Assembly (NCBI GenBank): GCA_001949185.1
Contig: BDGG01000002.1
Coordinates: forward strand, 2,663,826 to 2,727,825
Length of the DNA: 64,000 nucleotides
Source of the DNA: Ramazzottius varieornatus
Taxonomy: Eukaryota; Animalia; Tardigrada
Reading direction: 5' to 3'
A model generated the notes under the pieces. It worked only from the letters and a program-made list of their open reading frames with translations. It searched no databases and was not told where the DNA came from. The translations under genes were made by a program, and so were the position numbers. Of the stretch, positions 1 through 14,819 are shown one piece after another. How positions within the stretch are numbered: position 1 is the first letter of the stretch; every line of letters starts with the position of its first letter.

Positions 1-604
1 CTATTTTTGAAAACGGCATAAATTTCTCAAACAAACTTTAGCGATTTCGGATGCGGCTAAACTACTGCGACCCTAAATTTACAGTCAGTTACGAAGCCGC
101 GAACGGTTTCGTACTGTTGTCGGCTGTAACTCATCAGTTTAGTCGATCGACATACCGCATCGTGTGCTATGATAGCGTCCAGCGTTTTATAACTGACCGA
201 AAATTTATGGTCGCAGAAGTCTGACCGTATCCGGCATTGTTGCAAACAGTGGTTTCCATTAATTTTAGCAAAGTGCTGGCGTAGAATCAGACAGAATCGA
301 ATGAGCCCGAGAACGTTCAACAAGGAGTAGGTTGGATTTTTCCATCTCAAAGTTTCTCGAAAAAAGTTGCAAACTGCTTGGATCAATAGCCGCACTTGAT
401 CAATCTCCTTCCTACTCAGAACAGTGCCTCGGAATGGATTGCTGTTAGGACTTACGTGTAGTACGCGGAGCAAGGGCTATCCTCTTTGTACGAAAAGTTG
501 CGGAAAACGACCACATGATGATTATCCGTAAGGGGTTAAGAAAACCGTTGACGTACTGTAGTTTGCTGTAACACACTGTAGTTGGCTGGTTGAGGATCCG
601 TTAA

Positions 605-1020
605 CACCTTGAATACCAAGCTTTTTGTGTCGGCAGATCACCAGCGTACTCACTGTGAGCACAGAACTTTAGCTGGAGGAAACTGGAAGGCGTAACCCAA
701 ATTAACCAATAAACAACTTTCAGAATCTCGAAATTGTGAAGATTGGCAGGCCGTAAAGGCCAACGTGGGAAAAGTAGCCCTGGCCGTTTTGATTTGTTTC
801 TGGACGCACCGATGACACCAAGTTTGTCCCAAGCCTAGTATCGGTAGAGGAAGCTCTCCTTAGTGTTTCATATTTTTTTCTAAACAGATGGTAGCTATGT
901 ATCTCGAGCAAAGACAGGAAACCTAAAAAACTCCCGAAGCTGCCCGAAATCGTAGGGATTTTTCCAGCCTGCGGAAGTTATACTGACCAGTGGTCATCAA
1001 CTGCGTTTTGGTGATAAGAC
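605..1020 (-). mobile_element. Partial piggyBac-type (TTAA) MITE, same family as 23041-23568
   Basis: TTAA at 601-604 is followed by CACCTTGAATAC. The reverse complement of ~650-1000 aligns by eye with ~23170-23520 (shared blocks GGGACAAA..TGTCATCGG, CTACTTTTCCC, CGGCCTGCCAATCTTC, CCCGAAATCGTA). Another related terminus starts at TTAA 1119-1122 (CACCCTGATTACCACCGTACTCATTGTG). Confidence 0.6.
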
Positions 1021-2210
1021 CGCAGACCAGGCAATGAAAAAAAGTTTGATTCAAACCGGGCAAAATGGAAATTATGGGGAGCGAAAAAGTGCCGTACAGC
1101 TTGGACTACTAGACAGCATTAACACCCTGATTACCACCGTACTCATTGTGTGTACTTAACCCGGTTAGATTATTGTCGTAAGTTTTGTCACTAGACCTCA
1201 ATTTCATAACAAATTAAAGCGCTACAAAAACTGCGTCGCGCGAGGGAGTGAAAGCTTGTGAGGTTTTGTGGAATCAGACAATTAAAACGTCGTTCAATAA
1301 AACAACGCTGGAAAAAAATAACGGGCATGTACTGTAGCTCCGACCGCAAGCACTTCTGATGTCACCGCCAATGTGCAGCTAGAATATTGTCGTTTAATTG
1401 GTTGGGTAACATACACTGTGCTTTACTGGCCGCACCATAATAGACTGTGTACGGCGGAGGTGACCATAGCCTCTGACCGAGACCAAGACACAAAACCAAG
1501 GCATTGTCTTGGACATCGTCGTGTCCAGGGTGTACGGCAACAGCGCGATAAGGCCAAAGCACTAGAATTCGCTCCGTTGCCGGATATTGGTATATCACCA
1601 ATTCTAAGTCTTATGCTTACAATGATTATACTCAGCATCCTGGCGTTTTGTTTCACACTTGCTTCGTATCAAAATGTAGACAATTGATTTCTCTATCGTT
1701 TAGTACCCAGCAGGTCACGAGAAAACGTTTCTGCAGGATCCAAAGGTAAATACGGCTAAAGGGGGTGGAAAGCATCCGCTGAGTGACGTCACTCACTGAA
1801 GCGGCATAGTCTCGGCTGCGGAACGAGAAAATGCCGATTTTCTCAAGATTTCACCCCTTGTTGCCGTATTTAACTCCGGATGATACAGATGAGTTTTTCC
1901 ATTATCTGCTAGGTGTCAAATGATAGAGAGATTGATTCCCTACATCTTGATGCCAAGCAGGTACAAAACATAACGCCAGGAAGCTAAGGACGACCATCCG
2001 AAGTACATGACGTTAAATTGATCACTTAACGTCGTGACGACAACCTTCACATAAAATCAGCGTCGTTTTGGTGACGTCAAAGAACTTCTAGTGTCTTGGT
2101 CAGGAACTTAGTAACATCGTCACCTCACCGTACACAAACTAACACCCCGAAGCGGTACGTAAAGGTAAGATCAGACAAACACGCTGGGACTTGGTTACGT
2201 TTTAACGATG

Positions 2211-3992
2211 TCACCAATCCGGCTTGTTTATGGTAGTGATATAGTTATCTTTACCATGATACGGCTGCTGGAAAGGCGTGGCTGCTGTGATTACCGGACA
2301 GCACTACAACAAAAGTTACTGACCCTTGACAGCGTGTTATAGGACAGTTTGTTTAGGGGTAAATACGAAAAGGTATCTCCTGAATTGCATTTGAATATAC
2401 CTGAATCCACACCCAATGGAGCTGGTTATCCCAAGGGTTCATGGCTTGGCCCATCCCTAGAATTTACAGACAGGTATGCTGGTGCGCTAACCTTCGGGTA
2501 GGCTTTGCCGGGGGAAGCGACGGTACGTGGTTGCCCATTTCCAAATTATTTCTAAAGCACTTGCTTGAAGAAGAGTGACAACCATGGAGAACGTTATTCT
2601 TACCTGTCATAACAAAGTGCGGTACATCGCCTGCAAAAAAGCACCAGGTCGTTATTCTACTTGTCTACGAAAGGCTGTAAAATTTAGATTTAGAGCACCA
2701 TGGTGCAGAGAACTTAATTACATCTGACGATCCAGTATCCGTCGTAGTGTTCGCCAGCCCTACAGAAAGAAGGATTGCGCTACGAGGTACCTGGGTAACA
2801 GGGCTGCCTTACCTGTCATGGGTGTATTTCCATTGACAGCGGTCGTAGTCTATCTGGTAGTTCTCCGGTGTTTGGCCTGCAGACAATGCAGCCTTCAGCA
2901 GTTTGCTGCATCAGGTTTCAACAAACGGAGGTTGGAAACGCCTACAGCATTTCATTCCGACTGGAGCGATAGGATTTATCGACACAGGGCTGTAAAATCC
3001 TGGAAATATCGAATGTAGTAAACGGCGAGAAGTACTGGTAGTGAGTTCAAACGAATATCGAGCTAACCTGTAACAAACGTGTTGACTGTGTCGGTTGGAA
3101 ACACCTTATCGTAGCAGTAGTATTCACCGATCGTCAGGTTCCTGACAGAAGATAAACAATATCAGTGTTGGTATTCACTGATTTTTCTCTTAGATGTAAC
3201 AAGGAGCTTCGAATGGGTGCTGCGTTGAAAGATGCCGAAGGTTTATAACATTTACCTGGTGTTGCACAGGGGATAATATGGGTAATAACCGTTTGACGGT
3301 GGTTTTTTGGGGAACCTTGATACAACGAGAACAAAAGAGCATGAGCATCAAGCGTAACATCGGATTAACTTGTCGACCAGGAAGCAATCAAGTTGATTCG
3401 GCCTACTCACATGAACGTGCACCAGACCTCTGTAAAGTCCACAAACCATGTCATTGAAATTCGCGCATCACTGATTACTTGTCAGTGTGACTTACGTGAA
3501 ATTCCCATGAACCCGGTGAACGCGTCATAGACTCCTGCGAAAATTACTTGTTCAGTCAAAAACAAAACAACACAACACGAGGAAGGTGCTTCCAATATTG
3601 CAGAAGTTGAAGGACGTACTCACCGGTCATGGCCTCCCCGTCGCTGCATTCGACCAACCACTTATGGTACTGAAACCATCACAACAAAAGCCGATATTAA
3701 GTGTTCATGGTACTAGATATATGTCAGACGAAATCGGATGTGAGCCCAGCTGACCTCATCGTTAAAGCCACCTCCCATGTTACCGGCAGTAACGATACAG
3801 TCGCCGGTCGCTAAATAAATATTGCTGGCTGATCATGAAGGACTCAGTAATTGTAAGAAAGGGTTCCGGCATCTAAACATAATCAACCGTACCGAAACAA
3901 CGATTTGCAGCATAGTATCCGGAAACGGTCAGAATAGTCTGTAAAAAACAGAGAAAAACACCAACGTGTTCGGGGCTAAAAGACAGGCGCAT
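2211..3992 (-). CDS. Secreted Cys-rich three-repeat protein (dermatopontin/beta-prism-like pattern), 13 small exons, ~241 aa
   Basis: Exons 3992-3893, 3810-3755, 3669-3624, 3534-3496, 3429-3411, 3315-3256, 3141-3068, 2999-2946, 2876-2813, 2759-2722, 2630-2604, 2456-2401, 2303-2211. All 12 introns are GT-AG (53-147 nt), the phases are compatible and there are no stops. Signal-like N-terminus MRLSFSPEHVGVFLCFLQTILTVSG and three C..C..(M/V)TG...C(C) repeats. The last exon could instead splice at 2255. Confidence 0.8.
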
Positions 3993-4936
3993 TCTGTACA
4001 CTGTCGTGGTGAGCTGCTGTCTCACGCTGATCAACGAGGACTGAGGACCAGGACCAACGAGAGACAATGGAAACCAGGGTGAGGAACCCTCTAAAGTATA
4101 TGGGTATCCGTATCCAGATTGCACAGTCAACGGCTCAATCGCAAAAATGGACATTGATGCTGATAACCCGGCGTACAGGCGGCTTACAGCGGTGAGACGC
4201 CCTGAGGTTACGGTAATTACTCTGCATGTATGTACAAGACGTTTCCAAACAAAAGGTGCTGACACTCCATTGATGATAAATTGTGATCACTTTTAACTCT
4301 GTCGACTGTCAGTTATAAACTTCGCATAATAAAAGCCGATGAGAAGCGCTCTTATGAACAAAAGTCATGAAGTATTAATAATCTAAGTGATAGTTTCAAC
4401 TTACAGCATCACCTTCAAAAGCACTGTGATGACTACTTGTCGCATCACTTCTTAACACCCAATAAAACACTCGTGTCGGCTCCTTTTCATCGACGGGTCA
4501 AAAGCTCGTTCGTTTTTTGAGTGATAGAAACCAGAAGGACGCCTGGAAAACATTGCGTTGATTTGCTGCGTGGGCTGTGCGCGAGTTGGTACTGACCACC
4601 ACGGTACAACACAGTTTTACTGTCTGCCAACAGTTCCAACGCTGCATGTAAGGATATTTAGGATAAGAGTTACATGTGTGCTTCGAGATATTGGGCTGGT
4701 GAGCGCACTGACAAACCATTCCAGCCAATACGTCACAAAAAAATGTATGCGATTAATGACGACGGAACCAACATCCGTCAAACCACCCCGACAGACCAAC
4801 GTACCATCCAAACCACAAGCTGCCGATCACGTTCACGTCACAGCACCGCCCTTATTACCCTAACAGACATTTCCCTTCTCTAGACTAATTGTTCACCGGC
4901 GTTGTAAGTAAAAGAAAACAAAAGTCAAAAGGTAGT

Positions 4937-6409
<1,473 letters not shown>

Positions 6410-8807
6410 GTTCAAATCTTGAACCAAATGTCAACCCGTGAAATGTTTCAGTAGATCTGGTAGAAAGTAGAATATTCCAGATCAGGAACCAGCTCAGCCC
6501 GCATACATTAGGAGACTTCCAATACGGGATCAGCTGGAATAAATCGCATATAAAATCAACGCTCATTTAATTTCCCTGATATTTGTACATGCACGCATTG
6601 CCAGAAAAACTTTGATAAAGAGGTTTTTGAAGCGAGTAACATGCATTACGAACCTCCGTTGGGAATGGTCGTTTAGCAGTTTAGGCTTCCCGAGCCACGT
6701 TGTTGTGTAATCCAGCCTGTCGTATCGGAGAGTACTCCGTCCAAAGAAGCAAAGGTTGGAACAGTCACGGGGTTCTTCGAAAGAAGGCAACAATATGTTG
6801 AGCAAGTGCGGGGAAAGGGTTCTTAGGTAAAGCTTAGCAAGGTGCGAAGACGCGAAATCTGTTATGGGCGAGAGAAACCAGATCTAAAGGCTGCAGTATT
6901 CATCCACCAAAAGACGGTTCAGTCAAGTTGGTCTAAGGCCTTGCGCGACAAGCAGGGGAGGAAGGCACCACAAACGGGCAGGAGTACACGCGGTATGGTA
7001 AGTGAGTGTGGGAGAAAACGGGCAGCGCTGATCGATTTCTCCTTGGTGGTTGCACGAGGACGGGGAACGTTAGACTTTACAGCCTGGTTGAGCCTTGGAC
7101 CGTGTAGCGGTCCAAGCCTGGAGCGTTCAAGTGATGTAGCTTGACGACATGAGGCTTCCTGCTGGCGGTATAAGGAGGAGGAAGAGGGAGCGAGCACAGC
7201 AAATTTGCGTTTGTACAGTGATTATCGGCCTCATAGGCCAACACCAGCATCAGCTGAAACACGGGAGCCTTCGCCCAGTTCTTGTCAGGTACTTCGTCAA
7301 AAAAACCGCATTGCCGTACCTCCGCCCAGGGAAAAGTACGATAGGCGTTTTGTCAAAGCAGTAGGCTACTTCGAACTGACTGCGAAAGTGTGAAGGAGGA
7401 AGGTCTTATGCTGTACTGGTGCGAACAGACATAACGTTTGCGGAGAAACTAATAGGCAGTGGGTTTTTACGATAGTTTGACTGACGGAATTTCAGCTTTC
7501 AGTCCTGTACGTCCGCTGTGACGTATCGTAACCGGGACATCGAGTAATTAAGGCCATGTGACTGCTCTGTGTTATATCGTTTGGTGCCGTCACGTGGTCC
7601 ACAGAAGGCCGCTGGCTATCGGTCACGGACGAAGTGTTGGACAGTCTGAACAGTAACCGTATTCGTTGACCAGTGAAGTGACTGGAGTCTATTGTGAAAA
7701 CAGTAGCTTGCTGACGTCAGACTATTCATTCTTTCAGTTCTCACTGAACAGTGGCGTCATGCGGTAAATTTGATTTATGTCGGGTTTTGCCTGCGTGTCT
7801 GTCTCCTTATCAGTAGGAAAAGCTTCTCTTACGTTTTGCTCTCTGAATATGTTGCTGAGAATTCCATTGAGGTTTGTCTCTCTTCTCTCACATCAGCAGA
7901 AATTATCTCTGTGCTTGCTTATGCCTATTCCTCTTCCCTCTCTCCCTGACCGACAGATGAGTCGAGTCGCATCTCTGCGTGTCGATCGAGAGCTGCTCCA
8001 GAGATGCCTGCCTTCAATCCCGAACGGCTGAATGGTGCGTGAATATGCGTCTATGATGGCAGAGGATTATCTATTTGAGTTTTAACAACAACATACTACA
8101 GCGCTATAACATGAAAAGTATCTCCTTGGATGTTTGTTTGTCTTTGGCACATTCATTCAGTCATTAGCACTTCAGACCTAATGATTAACTGTCCCGACAT
8201 TTGAGGTAACAATTTACCTGTACTCGTGTCTCGGTATATTTCGGATTTCTCATTGCGATGCAAAGTATGCATATCGTTTGCCTATGCAAACTCTGTCCAT
8301 GCGGGTTTTTTTCCAGTTGCACCGAATATCCGTTTGACGTCTCTTCGGACATCCGCCATCCAGTTTTTGCATTTTGACCATCTTTTGCTGGACCAGTACC
8401 ATGATTCAGGGACGAGTCATTGAAAGTGACAGCAGTCGGTTTGTCCGAAGGAAATTTGTGGATCTCTGCACTGAAACCAAATACATTGTCCCACACATAA
8501 GACGAACGAACTCCACCGTCTGAAATCTCTCCTATCATCGCTTCTGATTCTGGTCATCTGCCACATCTGCGTCGCTCATCGGGGATAGCACCAGGTGAGA
8601 CGAATATTCCGGAGGAAGAACTCACAGTACTACGGCAGGTCTCTGTTGTATATGCACTGATCATCCATCATGTTGTGTGAAGTTCAATCAACTGGACGAT
8701 CTTGATTGGCCGACGATAAATAGGATTGGCACTTTTCTACTATCTGTTCTGCGTTGTAGATCGACCACCTTCACTTGTCCTGACCACGACCTCTTCATAG
8801 ACCGGGA

Positions 8808-11561
8808 ATGTATTCTCGAGGAAAGGCAGGCCAACCAGTACCGTCGGACGCCCAAGCAAAGGAGAAGTACGAGTTTAAGAAAAACGGGCTCAGGCTCGAA
8901 TACACTTCTGCTGGAGATAAAAATTCGTTCTGAATGAGTTCTGTTGCAGGCTTATCGTTTTCGTTTACGAATATCTGCATCACATGGGAGCAAGTCAAGC
9001 TGCTGGAATGTTTCTCCAAGAGGTACTCCTTTCAAAACACCATTCCTTTCGCTGTCTGAATACTTACAATATGGGAGTGTAGCACATAGTTTAATTTCTT
9101 AATTTTCTGCAGATAAAATGGTCAGGTCCACCGGTGCAGCCTGGCGCTGATCCTCCAGGTTTCCTTAGTTCATGGTGGAGGTACGTTCCCCTATCTCGCT
9201 TCGGAGAAAGATTTCCCACGGTTTGTCTGTGCTTCAGAAACAGAAATTTATTAGTGCGTTATGATTATAGTGTATTTTGGGACCTGTACTGCGCCGCGCC
9301 GGAAAGACGCGACCGCGAACCTCATTCCAGAGAAGCTGCCTCCTTCCATGACTATGTATATCACCTCTCGGTCAACCACCGAATTTCAAACCAAAATGTT
9401 TCAACGTCTACTCTGATTTTTTTTCCAGACAATAATGGCCCAAGCTGGGCATCCTCTTTCCCCTGGCATGAACGGCATAGGCATGCCGCAGAACCATCTT
9501 TCGCACGTAAGTATAGTTCCACGAGCGCGTCTACCTGCTTCAAGTGATGTATCCATAGGACTGTTTTTGATCGTAGGGCATGCCTGACGGTGCTATCCAG
9601 AGTCCCTCGTTAGCGCACCAGCTAGCTGCCAGCGGTGAAGGCGGTCTTCCGCCTGGTTTCTTTCCCGGTTCGCATCTTCGGCCCTCCTCTGCACAGATGG
9701 TGCCTCACGGTGCCATGATGCATTCGCTGACAGGTGCAGGCGGCCAGCCGTCCAGTATGCAACAACAACAACAGCATCCCGGTCAGCCTAGTACCACCCA
9801 ACAACAGCAAGCACAACAGCAATCCCAACAGCAGACCAATGGTCCTCTCAACCCCAACTCCCCACATCCTGCCATGACCATGATGATGCAGTCTGGTAAG
9901 AGTCAACAAAGTTGTGAATCTAGCCTTAACCCAAACGCAGTTTGAGTGAACTGTCGAGTATCAAGAGAAAACCACGCCGACGTTATTGTACTGTGTCGTT
10001 ATTTTACAGGTGCCTCACCGAGAGGGTACGCGCCTTCGACGCGCGGTTCGCCAGCCGCTCGGATGACCCATCCCAGCCAGCAGCAAGTGGACTTTTCCGG
10101 TGCACCTCCAGGCAGTATGATGATAGACTCGCAAGGAATGCTGGTGAGTAGAATGCCCATGACGAGAGGGATGCCTGCTTCACCCATGACACCGGGCGCA
10201 TATCCTCCAAGTGTCCTACAACGAATGCAGAACCCCAATGGATCGCCTTCCTCCACCGGTTCCGTTCTCATGTAAGTCCACTGTACCATCTGGGAGCTCG
10301 GGAAACAACGTACACGATCTTTATTTCAAATGGCGCATGCTTCCGTTGTCGCCCGCTGCAAAGGTGCGCCACTCGCATTTCCTCCCAGCATTCCTCCTTT
10401 ATTTTCAGGTCCACAATGCAGCACCAACAGCAACAAAGAGCCCAAGCCTGGCAGCACCAAAATTCAATGGGCCATTATTCCACGCCTTCCCCTCCAAATG
10501 GATCTTATATGAATATGGTAAGTTTTTTCTGTGAGGCTGAATTTCTGGTTGTTTTATTTCGGTTTTTGAATTTTATTTGACGATGGTGTTGGTGTTGCTA
10601 GATGGGACCACCCTCGCATATGCAGCAAAGTCCTTCCCAGGGTAAGTTGGCTAATCCTCCAGAGCTGTGCCCTACGAATTTTAGGAAACAGGGCGACAGG
10701 CGCGAGGAGGAAGAAAGGAAGTAACGGCTAATACAGGAGAGATCATTGATTTTCTCTTCTGTGGTGTTGTAGAGTCAGTATTATCTGGTGGATCTGATAA
10801 TATTTACGGCATGATGAAAGCGCAGCAAGACAGATACGGCAATAGCATGCAGGACGGATCGATGGCTTCTATGCAAGGAGTCGACATGGGCTCTATCAAC
10901 GGTACGTCTCTCTCGCTCATTTGACATTTCAGAGTTTCCCACGTCACAAAACGCATCAGTTCCCGTCAACATTAGGCATAGAAAAATTGGTCGAAGAGTA
11001 AGCGATATCTTGGTAATGTGTGAAAGCGTCGACTAGATTTCAAAGACTTAAATCTAATCCAGTTCGTCCAAAACTGTTATTGGAAAACTACGCCCACGTC
11101 CGCGTCATCTTCTTTCTACTGTATGTCAGAATGTTCGCTTCCATGCCGGATTCGCAGCAGGAATAAGTGGGAGCTGCGGAAGAAACCGTACGAGATGCTA
11201 ACTGAAGTGCCGCATTCGTCTTGCCAGGCACAATGAGCACGTGCGCCACAATGGGATTACCATCTCGTGCCTTTCGTTTGGTCAGCTCCGAAACTGAGTT
11301 GCGGAGCTTGTATCCTGAAGCTACAGTTGGCGGAAGCTATAGCAGCATCAATACTGATACATGTCTAGACAGTTGTTTTGGGTTTTTGCAGGCGAAGGAC
11401 TGGAAATGAAGCATTCGCCCAGTGTGAATGGCAGTACGAATTCCTCCGGGACCCAGCAAAACACCGGGCAGAACAGTATGGAAAACGTCGACGAGTATTC
11501 CCTTTCACAGTACTCCAGCGGACAGACGGCAACTTCTACCGGGTCCACGCAGGACTCATAG
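8808..11561 (+). CDS. Ssdp: Single-stranded DNA-binding protein / LDB cofactor (Ssdp, SSBP2-4 family)
   Basis: The spliced N-terminus [20 protein letters not shown]|[24 protein letters not shown]|[23 protein letters not shown]|[20 protein letters not shown] (exons 8808-8866, 8950-9022, 9113-9180, 9271-9355) is the LisH/LUFS domain. P/G/M/Q-rich exons follow, and the last exon ends at 11561. Internal exon boundaries of the low-complexity part are less certain. Confidence 0.9.
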
Positions 11562-12278
11562 TGCTCTCGAACAAACCATGTAGGAAAGTGACGCGAATGA
11601 TCATCATTGGTGAAGGTTTAATCATCGAACTTTGAATCAAACGAGGAAAGACCGGAAAGAAAAGTTAACCGGCGGACTGAAGTATTTCTCGACAGTTTTT
11701 ATTCACGTTATCTCTGTTTCTTTCCTCCTTTTATCGCTGGTTGTAAAGGCAAGCTTCAAATTTTTGGCAGCAGTAATTATCGGTCGTGGTTGAATGGTGA
11801 AACACCGGCTGATGGTTATTTTGACTGGTTCGTTCTTCTTCACAAATGATATCCATTTTCTTGTTTTATGTAAATCAATATTCAGCTTAATCAAATGGAA
11901 CCTGTACTTTCGAATCTTTTTGAGCCAAAGATCTTTTCCCGACCTTCAGCCTGTCTCCCACTTGTGCATCTCCTCGAACTACTAGCACGACATCGATCTT
12001 GAATAATCATTTGTTTCTCATGTTTTTATTTATACTTGTCCTGTCTGTTCGGTTCTTCAATCGTCTAAACTTTCAAGTTTCAGCAGTAAACTTCACCGAG
12101 CTCAGTTTTGAACTCGTACTGCTAGTCGTCAAGAGCGAAAGCTCCAGAGCCGAAATACGTGCAAATACGCTAAACAAGGATGTAAATAGGCTGCGAAATA
12201 CGCTAAAACAACAGTCACTGTTGGACAATTTAGAATCGAAACTCACAGAATAAATTATTGATAAGAATTATTATTCCA

Positions 12279-14693
12279 TTATTTTTTGGTGTGCCCGCGC
12301 AACTGATGCCACCACTCGAGGACTTTCTTCCTCTTGGCCCATGTTAATTCATGCCCGTACTTGACGTACCATCTGCAACAGAATGAGAAGATTTCGATAA
12401 AAACCAGAATGGAAGAACTTCCGTTATGAAGAATCAGAAAAATGGAAATTTCTTACATTCCGAATAAAAGGCCTCCCAAATGAGCAGCGTGGTCGAAGAA
12501 ACTCCATCTCAGCGCTACGCCCAACGCTTCAAAGGCAAGCAGAACGTTCAGAGCGGAGCCAGCACTGAAAGTGTACATGGGCAGGAAAATGATGGACAGT
12601 TTGGAGTCAGGAAAAGCTGTACAGACGGCGCCTAGAGCGCCAATGATGGCACCTGAGGCACCCAAAGACGGCTGATGCATCCCGCGGAGAAATTTGTTCG
12701 AAAGACTAACCAGTCCAGCAAACAGACCTGCAAAAAGAACTTACTAGCTAGTGTTTCTGACCACTGGGAAGGCCGAGCAGAAGCAAAGAAGCACAAGTTT
12801 TGCGAGTAAAAACTTTTGCTACTCGGATCACGTTGCGCACTTGTTTTCAGTTCAGCGGTTGCGATATCTGAAAGCTCGAACAATCTGATCGTCCATTGAA
12901 ATCTCGACAGACTTAAAAGGGCCTCGCTTCGCTCGGGCTGATAAAAGAAGGGAGTGAACGAGCAACCTGGGACACTATTTGAAAACCTTTGCGTGCAAAT
13001 GTCAAGTGCCAGCCGTTGGCGTATGCAGGCGGATGACAGTACTCACAGTCCAGATGAGTAGGCGCGAACGCCATGCGAATGAACCGCGACATGTCCATGC
13101 ATACAGCGATAATGTGGTATGTATGCGCAGGAAAACAGGACAGTTGGGTTTCGGCAGCCCGATTTCCGGAACATTGACTAATAATACGGTTGTTCAAACA
13201 AACAGTTCTAAGTTTTGGCACCCCAGTGGCTTTCTGTAGCTTCTGATAAGATGACAGGGAGCAAACATCGAGGAACACGGAGCTGAATTCAGATCTGATT
13301 TTTGACCATTGGCGGAGGATATGTATCAAATTTCGTGAGGGGTTGTTTCGAAAATCTCATTATGAAAGACAAGGTGCCACGGTGCAATAACGGTGAAAAC
13401 GAACTATACGATTATTTCCACCGCGAATCTCCATTACGATCCGTTTTCTGTTATACGTTCTCCACTTCAACACCCTGTAGCATTATATACTAACATACGA
13501 TGTCATTGTAAGCGGTCAGTCCACACTTTACACTCTACAGTAGGCAGAATCACCCTCAAGAATTCCCAAAAACCGGCCCAGAAGGGCGAAAAATTTTTGA
13601 GACTCTGAACCACGGCGAGGTGCGGCAAACTTACCATTCCCTGCCATCTCAGACTTCATGTCGAAAAAGGGGTCCTTTGGACACAAAAATGATGTTTGAG
13701 AATCCGGGCCGCCGAAAACCCAGTTAAACTGGCCGGAAGTGCGCATCTTATCACCGTGAGCCTGTGCGTACGGTCGAGTGATTTCGTGCGCAGTGCAGCC
13801 TGCAGCGGGCTGATTTATGCACCTCCGTACAAAACCGAATATCAGGTCGCTTACCAGCAGACATGTAGAAATAAAGAAACTGCTCCCTCCCGAACATGTG
13901 AAGTGCGGCGTCGGAGAAGCTCCATAGCACGTACATATTACAGAATAGATGAAAAGGCGCAATATGGCTGAACATGGAAGCTAGCAGAGGGATTCCGACG
14001 ATGTTCGACGTTGGGTTCGACAGGAAGTACTTCCTCATGAACGGCTGAAGACTGCGCAACTGCCACAGAAGAAATATTACACAGTTGACTAGGACCAAGC
14101 CTATCACCACTTTCTTTCCGTCGTTCAGATCTTTCCAGTAACGAGAAATCTGTAAGAGAAAAACTCGGATGAGAGGAACATTCAAAGATTCAATGGGGGA
14201 ATATATAACGGACCTTTTCCTGCCAAGAATATAATTTCTGCATGGGTAGAAATTCTGCTCCGGGAAAAGTGTGAATTTTCTTCCGGAAGTTTTCGTAGTT
14301 CCATATTGCGCAAACTAGGTAGGACGTTCCCGCAACCTGCAAAGTTTTCCTTGATAGAGAATAATCCGAATTCAACAGTTAAGTACCCAAATATCGTACA
14401 GCTGAACAGAATGCCGTTGCCCGGATAAATTTTCCGGTATTTGTAGTCCATATATTTGTAGGTGAGGTGGGAGATTTGACCAGAAGCTTGGAAGAAGTTT
14501 TCGGGGCTGATCGTACCGGTCTGAAATAATTAAGCAAAGTAAAGAACTCAAGTCACTGAAAAATCCCACAGAACAGTTAGAAAACCGCGGAACGGTTGAT
14601 TGGCCAAGCTTGATTGACTTTTATAACTAACCTGCAGATACAAAGCAAGATTGACTGCCTCGGTGGAGCCGATATCCGGCTGAGCACCGTCAT
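12279..14693 (-). CDS. PARL: Mitochondrial rhomboid protease PARL / Rhomboid-7
   Basis: Spliced motifs LVCAIWNYEN, SMFSHIAPFHLFCNMYVLWSF, catalytic SLGASGAI and FFDHAAHLGG, C-terminal WYVKYGHELTW..WWHQLR. The N-terminus is basic and Ser-rich like a targeting peptide. The start codon is inferred. Confidence 0.92.
13575..13720 (+). repeat. Dispersed repeat fragment in the long PARL intron, homologous to ~40925-41085
   Basis: Shared blocks AAGGGCGAA, CGGCAAACTTACCAT and TCTCAGACTTCA-GTC-AAAAAGGG-TC-TTGGA-ACAAAA occur in the same order at both sites. Confidence 0.65.
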
Positions 14694-14819
14694 AGCAAGT
14701 GAGCAAGACTCCCAGCAGGCGATTGTTCCGCGGATCCAGCAGCAATGTCGTTCAAGCAAGTGGGGATGTTCAAACGAGCGAGATTCCTCGCGATCCTCAC
14801 TGCGATTTGTTTCTCAGCG

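Noticed and set aside
57-473. 138-aa minus-strand ORF
   Set aside because: Non-ATG start and no recognisable motif; the region looks like repeat-derived DNA.
1362-1601. Possible additional 3' exon of the micro-exon gene
   Set aside because: It is phase-compatible with a donor at 2255, but has no repeat motif and needs an unusually long intron. It cannot be supported without transcripts.
9755-9835. CAA/CAG poly-Gln runs
   Set aside because: An ordinary low-complexity part of Ssdp.
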